Source: the human T2T-CHM13v2.0 reference genome, Homo sapiens
Assembly: GCF_009914755.1 (NCBI RefSeq)
Contig: NC_060934.1
Direction: 5' to 3' (one strand)
Length of the DNA: 64,000 bases
Shown: piece by piece, positions 13,813 through 28,686 of the stretch
Layout of the letters: each line of letters begins with the position of its first letter
Numbering within the stretch: the stretch's first letter is position 1
Notes under the pieces: generated by a model
Seen by the model: the letters and a program-made list of their open reading frames with translations, nothing else
The model's database searches: none
Told to the model about the DNA's origin: nothing
Translations under genes and position numbers: made by a program

Positions 13813-15217
13813 AGTGTGCATATGCAGAGCTCTTCTTAGTTTAACAAATATATGAGTGATAAATGTCAGAAAAGAAAACATTACACATCATCTATCTAAT
13901 TCTAATCAGTGATGCCATGTTTATTTAAACATCCCATTGAAATTTAGTCCAATTCCAGGAGAAGTTGTGAGAAGCCAGGGACTATAAGATGAATGGATGG
14001 GGAAAAGTCTCAAAGCAAGAGGTGGTCAGAGAACAAGAGAGTGGCAGTTGGTCTTTTGGGATGAGGGTAGGGTAATGGGAGATGTACGTACCATAGTCTA
14101 CCATGGTTCATACATAACTAGTTCATAACTATTTATGAACTTGTATTTCTTTAATATTTTATCTATTCCTTTTTTTCCAAGAATAATAATGTTTGAAATT
14201 TCTGGAAATTATTTTACATATAGATTGGATCTCTATGGTTTCTTTCCTGTGTTGCTTATATTTTCTCCTTCTCCTTTCCCTTGAGTTCTTGGTGAGTTTT
14301 TAAAGTCTATCATTTACCCCCATAGTCATGTCCTCCACCTTTCGTTGTTAGTGGTACCTCTTCCAATTTTTAATTTGGCAGCTGTGTCCCTGTCTCCTAA
14401 ATCTCCAAGGCGTTTTTCTTCTAGAAGATGACCTGAAGGAGTTTAATGGATATGTTTTCTCGACTTTCTTTAGATCGTGTCTCAGAATTAATTTAGGTTT
14501 TCTGCTTCATCCCAAATGTTCCTTTCAGAGAGCTGCTCTCCTCCTGTTAGTAGGCTGGCCCCTCGTTTTTGACCTACTTATCCTTTTATAGGCGTAATGG
14601 TTTTTATTGTCTTCCCACCCACTGGTAAGCACAGCTGGACTCATTTTCTGTTCAATATACACACTTCCCACAAAAAAAAAAAAAATCCTCCTCTCGAGTC
14701 TTTATTCATTTCTGGCCTTTCTTCTGAGTGTTGCCACCTGGTTCCCAGTAAAATCCCAATAATTTCCTCCATGTTGTCCTCACCCACACCAGGAATCAAT
14801 CCAACAGGGAGGCGGCAAGTCTATCACATGGAGGGGAAGGAAGCGTGGCCAGGCCTTGCAGCAGCTCAGCCCTGCTCAGAAGAGCTGGTCTCCTCTGCCA
14901 TAGCTCACCATCCACCATCCTTCCCATAAAGGACACATTTGAGGAGGGTGGAGATTTCATCAATGTCACCTCTTTATATTTCCCTTTGGCCCTTTCTGCC
15001 TCTTTTACTACTTCCCATCTTTATCTAAGAGGCATGTTAAATTTCTGACATGCTGTAGTCATCATCTTTCTTAATTCCCAGTTTTCCTCTGGGACTATCA
15101 GTTGCAGGGAGGATTGGGGGCTGAGGAAGTGTTGGCTAAGTGCTGCCCAGAAGCACCTACTCCCTTGGAATCAGAGAGAGCACCCCATGCCTATTTCCCT
15201 CTCCTTCTTTAATTGCT

Positions 15218-15866
<649 letters not shown>

Positions 15867-15899
15867 CACATCTTCTCCGTCTCTTTTTTAGCCTCTTAA

Positions 15900-16320
15900 C
15901 ACTATTTGCTAAGCCTCAAGTGTGCCTTTGACTCCATTCTAGGCAATGAACAAAGCAGGAAACAAAACAAAAATCCTTGCCCTCATGGAGAGCAAATTAT
16001 AGGAGGGTGCTATGTGACATTAGATGGTTGCAGGCACTATAGAGAAAATAAAGTAGGGAGATGGAAATTCAGGGGAGGGGTTGTCATTTTAGTGCAGGCA
16101 AAAAAGAAAAGTTTTACTGACAGTGACTTTTGTACAGTGAAATGAAACAAGCGAAGGAATAAGGAGGAAGTCATGTGGATACCTGGGAACACGCTTTCTA
16201 GGAATGAGGAATAACAAATTCAAAGGCCCTGAAATAGAAACATGCTTGGTGTGTTCATGGAACAGCAGGGAGGCCATGGATGTGGAGTAGGGTGAGAGTA
16301 AGTAGTAAGAAACAATGGAT
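15900..16320 (-). mobile_element. L2 fragment
   Basis: aaatccttgccctcatggag...aaattcaaaggccctgaaatagaaacatgcttggtgtgttc. Confidence 0.7.
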
Positions 16321-16369
16321 TCAGAGAGGAAATTACCGCTAACCTAATTTCACCAAAGTATAGTAAATG

Positions 16370-16845
16370 GTGGTGTCTCTCTGCTCAAACCTTCAATATA
16401 TTGCAATTGGTTGAAGAATAAATTTCAGATTCATTAACATGACATTTAAAGTCTTGCTCAAACTGGACTTTGCAATATGTTTAGTGTCACTTCTTCACCC
16501 TGGTTAATTTGTTGTTCACTCTGGTTACATTCACCATCTTCCCAGACAAACCTTAACTCTTTGTAACTTTCTCATAGCTCTCTTTACCTACTAAAGCTGG
16601 CTTCATCCTAAAGGTTCAGCTCAAATGCAACCCTCTGCTAGATGCTTTTCTTCAATGGCCCTGGGTAAATTTAATCCCTACCACCTCTACTCTTCCATAG
16701 ATTTTATCTAAATTGTAACATGTATTTAATTATTACCTAACCTTTAAACAAATAGTTACATGGCTGTTTCTCCTGCTCAATCTTAAGATTCCTGTAGCCA
16801 GTGCCCATTATGCCTCTAATATGTTCATTTTTTTGACAAATAAAA
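16370..16845 (+). mobile_element. L2 fragment
   Basis: ctctgctcaaaccttcaat...ttcagctcaaatgcaaccctc...aataaa. Confidence 0.5.
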
Positions 16846-16852
16846 AAGAACT

Positions 16853-17267
<415 letters not shown>

Positions 17268-17781
17268 TTAAATATTTATTTCCATAAGCAAAGTGTCTAT
17301 AACCAGATGATATCTCAAGTTTCTTTTTATTATGCCAATGCTGCATTCCCACAGACAGTTTCAGATATGTGAAATACAACAGACTTGTTGGCTTTGGTGT
17401 TCAAGGTGATTCACACTGAATTGCATACTGGGAGTCCCTAAGGTTCTGCTGTCAACAAGAAGAAGTGTATTCATAGCCCCTTGTCTCTTAGAAGCTCAAA
17501 TTTAAAAATCCATAACATACCAAACTATTTGAAATCCTCATGCTTTTTTTTTTTTTTTCATTTTTATTAGAGAGGTAGCTTTAGGAATCAGCATCTGAAT
17601 CACTGTGACTGTGGATAACCTCAAAGGAATATTGTTCACAGTTGCCAGGTAACTAAGGATGCCAGTAGTTTAGATGGGCTGAAAATAATTGACACCTCCT
17701 ATGGAAGTAAAGATACTTGAGGAAACACCTATCAACGTTCTGGAAGCAGCAACATTTCCGAAGAATTTCTGTTGCTCCCTC

Positions 17782-17940
17782 TTTTTTTTTTTTTGAAAAT
17801 TCAAGGGCTTGCTCTGTCACCCAGGCTGTAGTGCAATGGTGCAATCACCGCTCACTGCAGTTTCAAACTCGTGGGCTCAAGCAATCCTCCCCTCAACCTC
17901 CCATGTAGTTGGGACCACAGGTGTGACCATCATGCCTGGT
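17782..17940 (-). mobile_element. AluJ right arm / FRAM-like monomer
   Basis: ttgctctgtcacccaggctgtagtgc...gggctcaagcaatcctccc. Confidence 0.88.
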
Positions 17941-19156
17941 TCCCCCATTCTAACTACTCTGTACCAGGCATTGGCCTTGACAGCAAGATACTTGCAGACT
18001 ATCTCACGCCTCTTAAAATGGGAAAAGTTCCATTTTTAAGGGATTTGGCAGTGAGAATAGCAAAAACGAAAACAACAAAACCAAAGGAAAAGTCTTGGTT
18101 TCTAGTTTTTCCCTTCAAAATCCACATCTTCCCAAAAACCAAGACATGAAAATCCTCCTAAGGAGTCTGGAAGAAGCCATGTGGCAAGTTGTCCATATCT
18201 ACAAAATAGTTTCCAGGTAAGTCACAAGGCATGAGACTTTTTCCCACACAGTATGAATTTGTATTTTATGGTGATCCATTCTTCGCTATAGCATAAGCAC
18301 AGCTTAAACCTTATTTATAAATACAACCAAAGAACGAGCTCTGTCTTGGAAAAGTGGGAATAGTTTTACAGTGATATTTGTCAAGAAGAGTCCAATACAA
18401 AAGGAAAATGAAGCTACAAAACAGAGCATTCTTGCATCACCCAATTTCCTTACAACACGTATGCACACACAATCTCACACACACACAGAATGCTGAGAGA
18501 TGTCACAAAAATACTTTGAAATTCAACACTAGTAGAAAGAAATGTGTTGTCTCACATTTATTCGAAAGGTATTAGCTTTCTTTCTCAGCAAAATTGAACA
18601 AACAAGCTATTGACAAAATATTTTTTAAGAAGACAAAGCTTATTTCAAAAAACTCAAAAATTTCTAAAGTTTTGGTCTCTACTAAATATCTAAGATTAAT
18701 GCCATTCATATAAAAATGAAAAAATTACCATTAAATATTGATAATTATGGTAAACTTGAGTTTGATTATTAATTTAGGGCTGAACGTGGGGAAGTCATAT
18801 TTTTTTGAAAGTTTCGCATAATGTTTTTGGGTAGCCAATATAAATTAGGTTGAGCTTTGCAGAGGTAAAGCTCATCAAAAGCTACTGGAAGTAGCCAGCT
18901 ATAAGGTAGGATGGAGGATACATCATGAGAGAACTTTTGAACTGAAAATCTGGCAACCTGAGATATAGCGTTGTCATACTCTTTCACCTCTCTGGGACTC
19001 ATTTTTCTCTAAAAGGAGGTATTTGAACCAGGTATTTTCCACAATCTTCTCAGCTCTAGAAATGTTCTCTTCACATAATGAAGAGGGTAGTGTGGAAAAC
19101 AATTATAACATGAGTAATGATCATTTAAGACAGGAGTTGTTAGAAACGCTTGTTCC

Positions 19157-19461
19157 AGCTGGATAGGGTGGCTCATGCCTGTAATCCCAGCATTTTGGGA
19201 GGCCAAGGTGGGAGGATTGCTTAAACTCAGGAGTTTGAGACCAAGCTTGACAACATAGTGAGACCCCATCTCTACATTTTTTTTTTAATTAGCCAGGCAT
19301 GGTGGCATGCACCTATAGTACCAGCTACTCAGGAGGCTGAGGCAAGAGGATTGCTTGAGTCTAGGTGGTTGAGGCTACAGTGAGTAATGATTACACCACT
19401 GTACTCCAGCCGGGGCGACAGAGTGAGACCCTGTCTCAAACAAACAAAAAAAGAAAGAAAG
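19157..19461 (+). mobile_element. AluJ inserted in a MER5A remnant
   Basis: Alu consensus; imperfect TSD agaaacgcttgttcc / agaaatgcttgatcc. Confidence 0.92.
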
Positions 19462-19586
19462 AAATGCTTGATCCCTGGCCCCATCCTAGAGATACAGACT
19501 CGGAGACTCTGGGTAAGGTCCAGCAATCTGAGTTTAACAAGCTCTCCTGGGGAGGGTCCAGTGCACAGCAAATTGAGAACTTCTGA
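19462..19586. mobile_element. MER5A fragment
   Basis: ccctggccccatcctagagatacagactcggagactctggg...cagcaatctgagtttaacaagctctcc...ttgagaacttctg. Confidence 0.7.
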
Positions 19587-21494
19587 TGGGAGGAACCTCC
19601 TTCAATCTTCAGCACTCACACTGCTCATACCACAATGGTGTGAAGTAAATGAGATTTGTGTTTTCTCTAGGGCAAGAAAGGAACAGCAGGCATAGGTGAG
19701 AGGGAGATGAGCCACTCAGGAGCCCCTGGGACACGAGAGCTCTGGACAACAGGGCTGGGCTGAGTAAAGGTTAGAGATCATTTAGCAAGAGGCTTATGAT
19801 TGCTTCATGGCTTACAGTGTTCCTTGGTATTGAAAAAATAAATTGTTTTAATGCAGCACTGAAAGACTAGCTTTCAAAGTGCAGTCTGAGTACCTCTTGT
19901 AATCTTCTGGACTGGTCCCTGGGCAGACGTCCTAACACTCTTATATCTAGGCATTAAGAGTTTGTTCATATAGTTTTATGAGTAGCAGATCAGTCCCCCT
20001 GGTTTCCCACCTGAACCTAACCTGGGAAAAGGAGGACTTGGCTGCAAGGAGATGGTTAAGTATTCCTGCTACTACATACGTCAGATCACTTTATTATTTT
20101 AAAGTGTTGTTTCTTATGATATTAGAAGGCTATTTTTCAGTGACTGTTGATCTGATTGAGGAGTATTGGTTCCCCTTAGTGGGCTTCCCACTCTGTGATC
20201 AAGGCCAGAGGTAATGTACGTGTACTATGCCTGTTGTGAGTCAGCATGGCCCATGCCAAACCACGGTAACACTCCAACAGCACTGCTGTGGCTACAGTGG
20301 CCCTCGCATCTGCTGACGTCCTGTTCCCCTGTTGGGGCTTTTAGCAGGTCTTACAGGATCTTCTCGTGCCCATCCTTTTCCCATGGATCCACAGCGTCTT
20401 ATTAGCCCGTCCACGTGTTCCACCAAACGCCTCTGAACTTCAAACCCCAGCTCACTTAATGGATCATGCTTCTTTCCTTGGTGTCTGATTATTTTGTCAG
20501 TGGCAAAGATTGAGTTCTGCAAATGGAATGAAGCCTCCTACAGGAGTGTTTTTTAAACCTATGCCATTTAAATTTACTTTGGGAAGAGCTGTCTGCACCT
20601 ACAATATGTTCTTTCATATTTCTTGTCATATTCAGTTACTCTGGGCAAAACATGTTAATGTTTAGTTGTCCTGGGATTAGGAAAATAAAACGTAATATGG
20701 TCATCTCTTGGCTCAATGAGCCAAACTTGATGAGTATACCTGTGTATATATGTGTATGTGTTTCCTTTTGTCTTTGGATAAACAGCTAATGTTAAGGCAA
20801 TTCAAGATAAAGATGTATTTTTGAGGAAGCTAAAGAGAGGAAAACTGTAATATCTTTTGTGAGCTACATTTACCCCAAGGCATTTATCATAAAATGCATT
20901 TCGTTTCTGATTACATCACTCTGGCAGCTGGTATGAGGAAGAAACCACGTTGGGAAATTGTCAAAAACGATCACAAGTTTATTTGGCTTCTATCAATTTT
21001 CTCTTTTTTCTTCTTCTGACCAGAAAACTCTTGTTTCAATTCCATTTGAATGTCAACAATAAAAAAAAAATAGCAAAGCCTTCATGAGCAAATGTTCAAA
21101 CTTCAGGGGGAAAATAATCAAAGGACCAGTTATTCCTATGTACTTGCCTAAAGATGCATAATACTGTTTGATGTGCACATACAATTTAATATAACCTTTT
21201 ACAAAGCTAAAATGATCAGAGCAAGAAAATTCACCACTTGAAATATTTGGGAAGAAAGTTTTATATTATCATTTCACTTGAAACTTTTCATAACCACGAT
21301 ATTCCTGGAAAATGTAGAAATAACACTGCTCCCATTTTGGTAGAAATAGATGTTTGGAAATGTCTTCCCAGTGTCTTTCATGTTGTAATAGGAAAGAAAA
21401 GGAGACAATCAGAGCTGTTTTTCTGTTTGCTAAAACAGCCTCCTAAATGTAATTTAAAGAAAATAAATATGACAAGTCTAGGTCATAAATCATT

Positions 21495-21625
21495 TCTAAT
21501 GATCACTTTTATTTTCACAATGAGGGAACGGAGACACAGGTGGGCAACAAGTCATAGATGACCTTGTAAGCCAGTTGCACCAAACGATATGGAATCCCAA
21601 AGGCGTCTTCTTCCTGTGCTTCAGC
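21495..21625 (-). mobile_element. MIR fragment
   Basis: attttcacaatgagggaacggagacacagg (MIR core, antisense). Confidence 0.5.
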
Positions 21626-23674
21626 TACTGGCTTGTATGAGCTTTTTATTTTCGTTATGTCTCAGCTACACATTTCTAGAGCATATAATAGCATGCAACC
21701 CAGCAGGGTTTGAATGTGATTAGACCCAAGTGAAGCACCATTAAAAACCAGAGACGTATTCGAATGACATGACATTTTGAATGAGTGCCAAACCCAGTGT
21801 GTTTGGCTTTGTGTGTGTACTTGCTTCCTTGATTGTTAAACCGATTTCTTTTCAGAAGAAAATGTGCTTTTCTGAAACAGCTAATAGGATGCTTCATAGG
21901 TCACATGCTATTTTCAGGACCAGAGAAGAGCAGTGTGTGTTATGGATGAAGTGAAAAACATCATTTCTGAGTCTCCCAGCCTCTGTAAGCTCAGGTCAAG
22001 TCATTATCTTTGATTTTACTTTTCAGTTGTTATTAAATTTTCTCTCGTTTTTTTCTGTGTTGACTGCCTTGCAGGTTTCTCCACCAATCAACCTTGATTG
22101 GGTCACCCACAATCTCTCTTTGAACTTTAAATGTGAAATAGGCTAATCAACCCAAGCCTTCTATTGCCTGTTGGGCTAGGACCTGGTTCTGTGATTTCAA
22201 CTCACATCAATCATTTTAATGCAATAGATGTTTATGTGATACACAGAACCCCATGCCAGCCATGTTCAGAGTATGTCTTGGTCAAAAGCCCATATATTAT
22301 ATGTCCTCATAATGTAAATGTAAAAGAATGTGTAAGCATGTTTTTGCACACATTTGCTTTCTAGTTTAACATAATTAGTCGAGCTGAAGTGTTTAATGGT
22401 TGCACTATTATGGAAACTATTGACTAGACTATCTACAGTGTTAATTCTGACCATGCAATATATATAAAGCTTTCTCATATTACAGCCTGGCTTCATATAA
22501 TTTATTTTCTTACTGCCAAAACATGGCTTTCACATTTACTATGAAAGACTTTAGGTAAGGAATGAGAGTGATTGAGTTAATTGTTATATTTACTATGGAG
22601 TTGTTACTTCAAACACATTGTGGTAGAGTCGAGCAAAACAGAATGTCCGTATGTGAATAATAGCACTACGATCATGGCACGTTAAGATTAGAATTAGGGG
22701 AAGGCAGCTAGCATTTGTTGATGACCTTTTATATTCCATGTGTTTGTAGGTTGCCTCTTTTCTGAGCTCTTCTGTCCAATATTCTCATTTTAGAGATACT
22801 GATAGTGGAATAAAGTGCATTAATTCATGCTTTTTTACCCATGAGTCAGGCGTGAAACTCCAGGACTCCAGATACAAGCCTAAGTGCCTGGTTCACTACT
22901 GTATTCTGCTTCATGTTATCTCTTTTGAAGAAAAGCCTAGTTGGGTTTCATATTTCAAAACTTTTTCTTGTGAAATCTCTCATCCACTTCATCTCTAATT
23001 GAAAATGCCTCGCTCTGGAAATCACAAACTTTTGTTGTTTGTTTGATTCAAAATAAATCAAAGTGACTTAATTTTGACCACTCACATGAAGACTGAAAAC
23101 CTTTATAACCATCATGGAAATTACAGAAGGTAAAGGTAAATCTTTTACTTTTATGGGGCTGGCAATTACGTTTTTGCATGTGTTTAGCACATAGAATTCT
23201 TCTTGGTAAGTGTAAAATGCTGCATATGTACAGATAACTTGTCAGCTAAAAATGCTTAAGGCTCTAGTCTGCATTCCAACAGGATGTGTGTGAGCAGATG
23301 TTTATTTCAACACTTCATCAGTTGAGCCATCACTGTATATTAAAGAGTAAAAAGATAACAGCTGAAATGGATGAAGGAGTGAACAATGAAAGACACAATG
23401 TTACTCCGATTGCTTAGAAAATATAGGCAAAAAAGTTTATAGGAATGAATAAAAGAATGATGAATAGTGCCATCTTTTCATATAGGTGTTAACTCTGTGT
23501 TCTTCTTTGAAGAGTTGATTCTTTCAAAGACTTCTCTGAAAAGGTGGCATTGATCATCATCCTAAGAGGGACTAGCAGTAAAGAGGACCTAATTTTAGGA
23601 TTTCAGGAATACCAGGGTACAAAAACTTCCTGGAAAGGAGAGATAGAACTGACTTGCCAGAGCAAAAGAAAAAT

Positions 23675-23912
23675 CAACATTTACTCAGCGCCTCTATCTT
23701 ATTGGTTATATGATAAGTAGTGTCATATGTGGCGTCTCATTTAATATCTAAAACTTTTTGGATTTTTCTTGTTTTTTTTTTTCCGTCTTTATGCAAATAA
23801 TTGAAATTCAGAAAGTTTTGATAACTTACCCAAGTTCAGAAAGCTAATGAGTGTCATACTTAGGACTGAGCTCCAAGTGTGTGTATGATTCCTCATTCAG
23901 CTGCATCATGCC
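23675..23912 (-). mobile_element. MIR
   Basis: acatttactcagcgcct...tctcatttaat...ataacttacccaagttcagaaagctaatgagtg. Confidence 0.6.
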
Positions 23913-24492
23913 ACCGTCACAAGACATTTTAGAGATGGTCTTATATAAGAACAAGAGGCAGGAAACTATCTTCTTAGAGCAACAAGTTAGATGGGAAGTA
24001 CAGTTGCAACGAAAAAGCGATAGCTACTGTTACAGTCCAGCGATATTATAAATATGTAACACTGCACAGGCTGACATATCAGAACGGATGCTAACCTCAA
24101 ACTATTGTAGAGAGGTACCAGAGCCTGCTTGCTAGCTACAGCCCCCTAGCCACATATCAGCCCTGTTAATAGTGCCTTTTAAGTGAATTCCCTCTCTTGA
24201 CAGAGAGCACACCCTAGAGGCTCAGAATCATGTGCAATTCTCCCTTTCCAGAGCCTCTGATGATAAAATACCAGATGGCTTACATAACCAGATGTTTTCC
24301 TCATTGTCCTATTTTTCTGTTCACTGCTACTCGGTATACTTCTTGAATTTGTATTTCTTTATTTATCTCCATAAATATTGGCATTTTCTATACTTCCAGC
24401 CTCAGCCATCTTCAGTATTTTACCCAGCCATTCCCTTTAGAGGGTACTATTCTTTCCTAAGGAAAGGTGATCCTCAACTCTTCCAAGTCTTT

Positions 24493-24774
24493 GAAATAGG
24501 GTCTCACTCAGCTGCCCAGGCTAGAGGTCAGAGATGTGATCGTGGATCACTGCCACCTCCGCCTTCTGGCTTCAAGCGATTCCCCTGTCTCAGCCTCCCC
24601 AGTAGCTGGGATTACAGGCATGGGCCATCACGCCCAGCTAATTTTTGTATTTTTAGTAGAGACGAGGTTTTGCCATGTTGGCCAGGCTGGTCTTGAACTC
24701 CTGGCCTCAAGTGATCCTCTCACCTTGGACTCCCAAAGTGCTGGGATTACAGGCATGAGCCACCAGGCCCGGAC
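24493..24774 (-). mobile_element. Alu (Sz/Jb-like) with almost no poly-A tail
   Basis: Full dimer; perfect 13-bp TSD cttccaagtcttt at 24480-24492 and 24776-24788. Confidence 0.92.
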
Positions 24775-26384
24775 ACTTCCAAGTCTTTATTTATTAAACT
24801 AGTGGTACCCAGAACACTCGCCATTGCCCCTGCTTCTCCTGTATCACCCGCTGCTCAGATCGGCTTTTCACATCTCCCTGTCATCAGCAAGTTCTCTTTG
24901 GTCACCTTTCTCAAAGTATATACTGAAAGCTCTCTATCATTACTGTCAGAGCTTTGGACAATCTCTTGCTACACTAACATGGATAATTTCAGTAGCCTCC
25001 AAACAGATCTTGTTGTCTCTACTCTTGCACAGCTTAATCCATCTTCCACACAGCTACAGGAGCACTTTCTCCAAAGCACAGAAACTGCTCATCAGATACC
25101 CTTCCCACTTGCTAATATGAACCGTAACTGCCTAGAGGTGAGTTTGTTTCAGTCAGCTTTTTTCAATTCACTGGGAGAAAAATTAGCTTTAATACAAAAA
25201 GCTGTGCATAATGCTTTAGAATAGGCAAGGAAAGCAGTCTCTTTTAAAAGCATCTGTCAGATAAAATGCACCTTAGCAATGGCATAAAGAAAACATCTTG
25301 CCTGTAGAAGAAATTTATGAGGCAAGAAAAAAAAGATGAAAGGAGGAGCCTATTGCAGAAGTAAATTAGAAATCTAGGTAAAAGAAAAATATCAGGGCAG
25401 CACCTCCTAAATTAAACTTAATTGAAAGAGATTAAGCTGAATTAAAATTGATTAGGCCAAGCCTGGCATCATTATGAATTTTAATAATAATAATAATAAT
25501 ATTCATTGAACACCTAGTTGATATAGGGTAAGACACTGTCCCTTCCCCTGAGTTTATAATCCAAATTAGGGAGGGAGAGTGAGTTGGCTGAAAAAGTAAA
25601 AGCGAAATAGACTTCAAGGAAATGAGTTCTAATAGCACTGACTCCATTTGGAGAGTAGTTTAGTGTTGTAATGGGAGTAAGTAACCTCACAGAATGTTAG
25701 ATTCTTTGTAATTATTTAAGGGAGGAATAAGGTTCTGGAACTTTAGCCAATACTGTAGTTACTGGTGAGGTAAAAAAGTGTCAGTCTGGGTGGAAAAGGA
25801 AACAAAAAATAAGGGAAAACAGTATGAGATATGGTAAACAAGGAAGAAAACTGCATTATTACTCCATTTAATGGAAAATAAGCGTTCAAAAAACATGTAG
25901 TTTCTTGTAGATCTTTGCAGTATCTTAATTTTCTAATCATTAATTCTATCATATAATTATACCTTGATTTTTTATTTTATTTTACTGCTGAAAAAGTCAA
26001 TAGCTTATTGATTTTAGGTTTTAAAATTAAGTTTATTAATTTATTCTTTCAATAGTTGTTATTTGGAGGCATGATTTAAAAACAAGTTGAATTATTTTTC
26101 TTGTACCTCTTGTAAACACCTTAAAAAGTCTAATTCCAAACAATAGTTCTAAGAATATCTTGAGCAATGACAACAACTTCAAAATGAATGAGTAGCTTTT
26201 TAGAGTGTTACATTGAAAAAACTAAGCTTACTGTGCTTTATTATACAGCCACATTTTCAAAGATAAACATAGACTTCCCAGGGATAGTTTTTCCATTGCT
26301 AGTATCTGCCTCCTTCTCTTCAAAGATGCACATTACAACTAGCAAGGGTGAGGACGGTGTAGCTTCGTCTCCTTCCTCTCTCAG

Positions 26385-26504
26385 ACGTATCGTAGAGAAG
26401 ATGGATCTTTCCTTCCGCCATCTCTGCTAATTGATGATGTTTGAGCTCTTCCTTGGGGAAGACATCAGCAGTTCATTCACTGCAGTTGCCAATCATTGAA
26501 TCAG
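26385..26504 (+). other. Candidate plus-strand exon
   Basis: cttcgtctccttcctctctcag|ACG acceptor; CAG|gtagag donor (alternative CAG|gtatgc at 26610); locally CpG-rich. Confidence 0.25.
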
Positions 26505-26899
26505 GTAGAGTATGTTCCCCTCTTATAACGGGAAGCTTTCAGTAAATCAGATATGACGATGGGCATGACTTTGGAGGTATAAAGTGACCAACATTATGGT
26601 TCCATAGCAGGTATGCTTTCCTCTCTTCCCAAGAATAAAAGTGTGCTGCCCTACTCTCAGGAGATTCCCTGAAGGACTCAGAAGAAATGGACAGATTTAA
26701 TCTAGTATAAAAAAGCATGTACCCATTTCCAACAAATATATCACTACTTCTCAGAGTAGGGAAATACTGTACATATCAAAAATGTGGTGCACCAATCAAA
26801 ATTACATAAAATCAGTGATGTAAATCATAAACTTATGACTCTACTATCCCCAATGGTATAACGATTATAAAATATTTTTAGATTAAAAATAAGTACCAA

Positions 26900-28200
26900 A
26901 AGATAACATAGGAGACTATCTAGGGGACCTCAGATTTGGAAATGACTTTTTAGATGCAATAGCAAAAGCATGCTTCATGAAAGAGAAAATGAAGTTGGAC
27001 TTTATTGAAATTAAAAACATCTGTTTCTGAAAGACACTGTTAAGAGAAAGAAAAGATAAGCCACAGGCTGGGAGAGAAAGACAATACTTGAATAACATGT
27101 ATCTGATAAAGGACTTTGTTTCCAAAATCTACAACCAGCTCTTATAACTGAGCAATAGGAGAACAACCCAATTAGACATGGGCAAAAAATCTAAACAGAC
27201 AACTCACCAAAGAAGATAGACAAATGTTAAATACACATATGAAAAGGTGCTCAACACTGTACATTCGTTAGAGATTGCAAATTAAAACCACAATGAGATA
27301 CCACTACACTTATTAGAATGGCAAAAAAATCAAAACACTGACAACATCAAATGTGGGTGAGGATGTTGAGCAACAGAAACTGTCATTCACATCTAGTGGG
27401 AAAGCCAAATAGTGAAGCCACTGTCAAAAACAATCTGACAGCTGCTTACAAAGCCAAACATAGTTTTACTATACAACCCAGCAATTGTGCTCTTAGGTAT
27501 TTACCCAAATGAATTGAAAATGTTATGTCCATAGAAATGCCTACACATAAAAGTTTATAGCAGGTTTATTCATAATTGCCAAAAATTGAAAGCAATCAAG
27601 ATATCCTTCAATAGGTGAATAGGTGAATGGATAAACAAACTCTGGTACATCCATGCAATGGAATATTATTCAGAGATAAGAAGAAATGATCTATCAAACC
27701 ACAAAAAGAGACAAAGGAACCTTAATTGTGTGTTACTAAGTTTAAGAAGCCAATGTGGAAAGGCTAAATGCTGTATGATTCCAGGTATATAACATTCCGG
27801 AAAAGACAAAGCTGTACAGATAGTAAAAAGATTGGTGTTTGCCAGGGTTATGGGGGAGAAGAGGGAAATACCTGGGGCACAGGCTATTTTTAGGGCAATG
27901 ACACTGTTCTGTATGATGCTGTAATGGTGGATACAGGATATTTTGCATTTGGCAAAACCCACGGAATTGTACTACTACACAAAGAATGAAACCCAATGTC
28001 AACATGGACTTTAGTTAATAATAATATATCGATATAGTTTCCTCAGTTGTAACAAATATACCACACTAATGCAAGATGGGAATAATAGGGAAAAGTGAGG
28101 GTATGGGGGAGATGGGGTCTATGGAAATTCTTTGTACTTTACCCTCAATATTTCTGTAACTCTTAAACTATCCTAAAAATTAAAATCCATTAAAAACAAA
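26900..28200 (+). mobile_element. L1MC-like 3' portion
   Basis: ORF2-tail motifs (gcaaattaaaaccacaatgagataccactacac; acccagcaattgtgctcttaggtatttacccaaatgaa) and L1MC 3'UTR (gtaacaaatataccacactaatgcaagatg). Confidence 0.88.
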
Positions 28201-28686
28201 TAGAAAATACACTATCAGCTCCAACACATGGAAAACTCTAGTATTACCATGTCCAATATTTCTGAGAATTCCAAAGCCATCTAAATATCTGGGGTCCTCC
28301 TGCGCAATAAGTAGATGTAGGGTAGTGACACGTTCCCTAACATATGTTTCTGTAATTTAGTTTGGCGAAGAGCTTGTCTTTGTTTTGCTTTTTTTTTTTT
28401 TCAAGAAACAAGGTGTCACTTGATCTTTTGAATAGGTTCTTTTCAAATGTTCTTACCTACTGACTGTTAAAGTATTCAAGGCAAATGATGTTGCCATATT
28501 AATACAATTTATTTTGGTTAAAGCAGTTTGCCTTAAGCTGCTAACGCAGACTCAGTGCTCTGTGCAATTGATGGGTGAATGATCAATAGAACACCTAAGA
28601 TTCTCATAAAATCCAGCCTCCAACACTGTGACAATGAGCCAGATTAAGAGAAAACTTCAGTTGGCTTTCTGTTGTCTCTCTTACAG

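Noticed and set aside
24802-25224. 140-aa ORF
   Set aside because: Non-ATG start, pyrimidine-rich L2-like decayed sequence, no recognisable domain or splice support.
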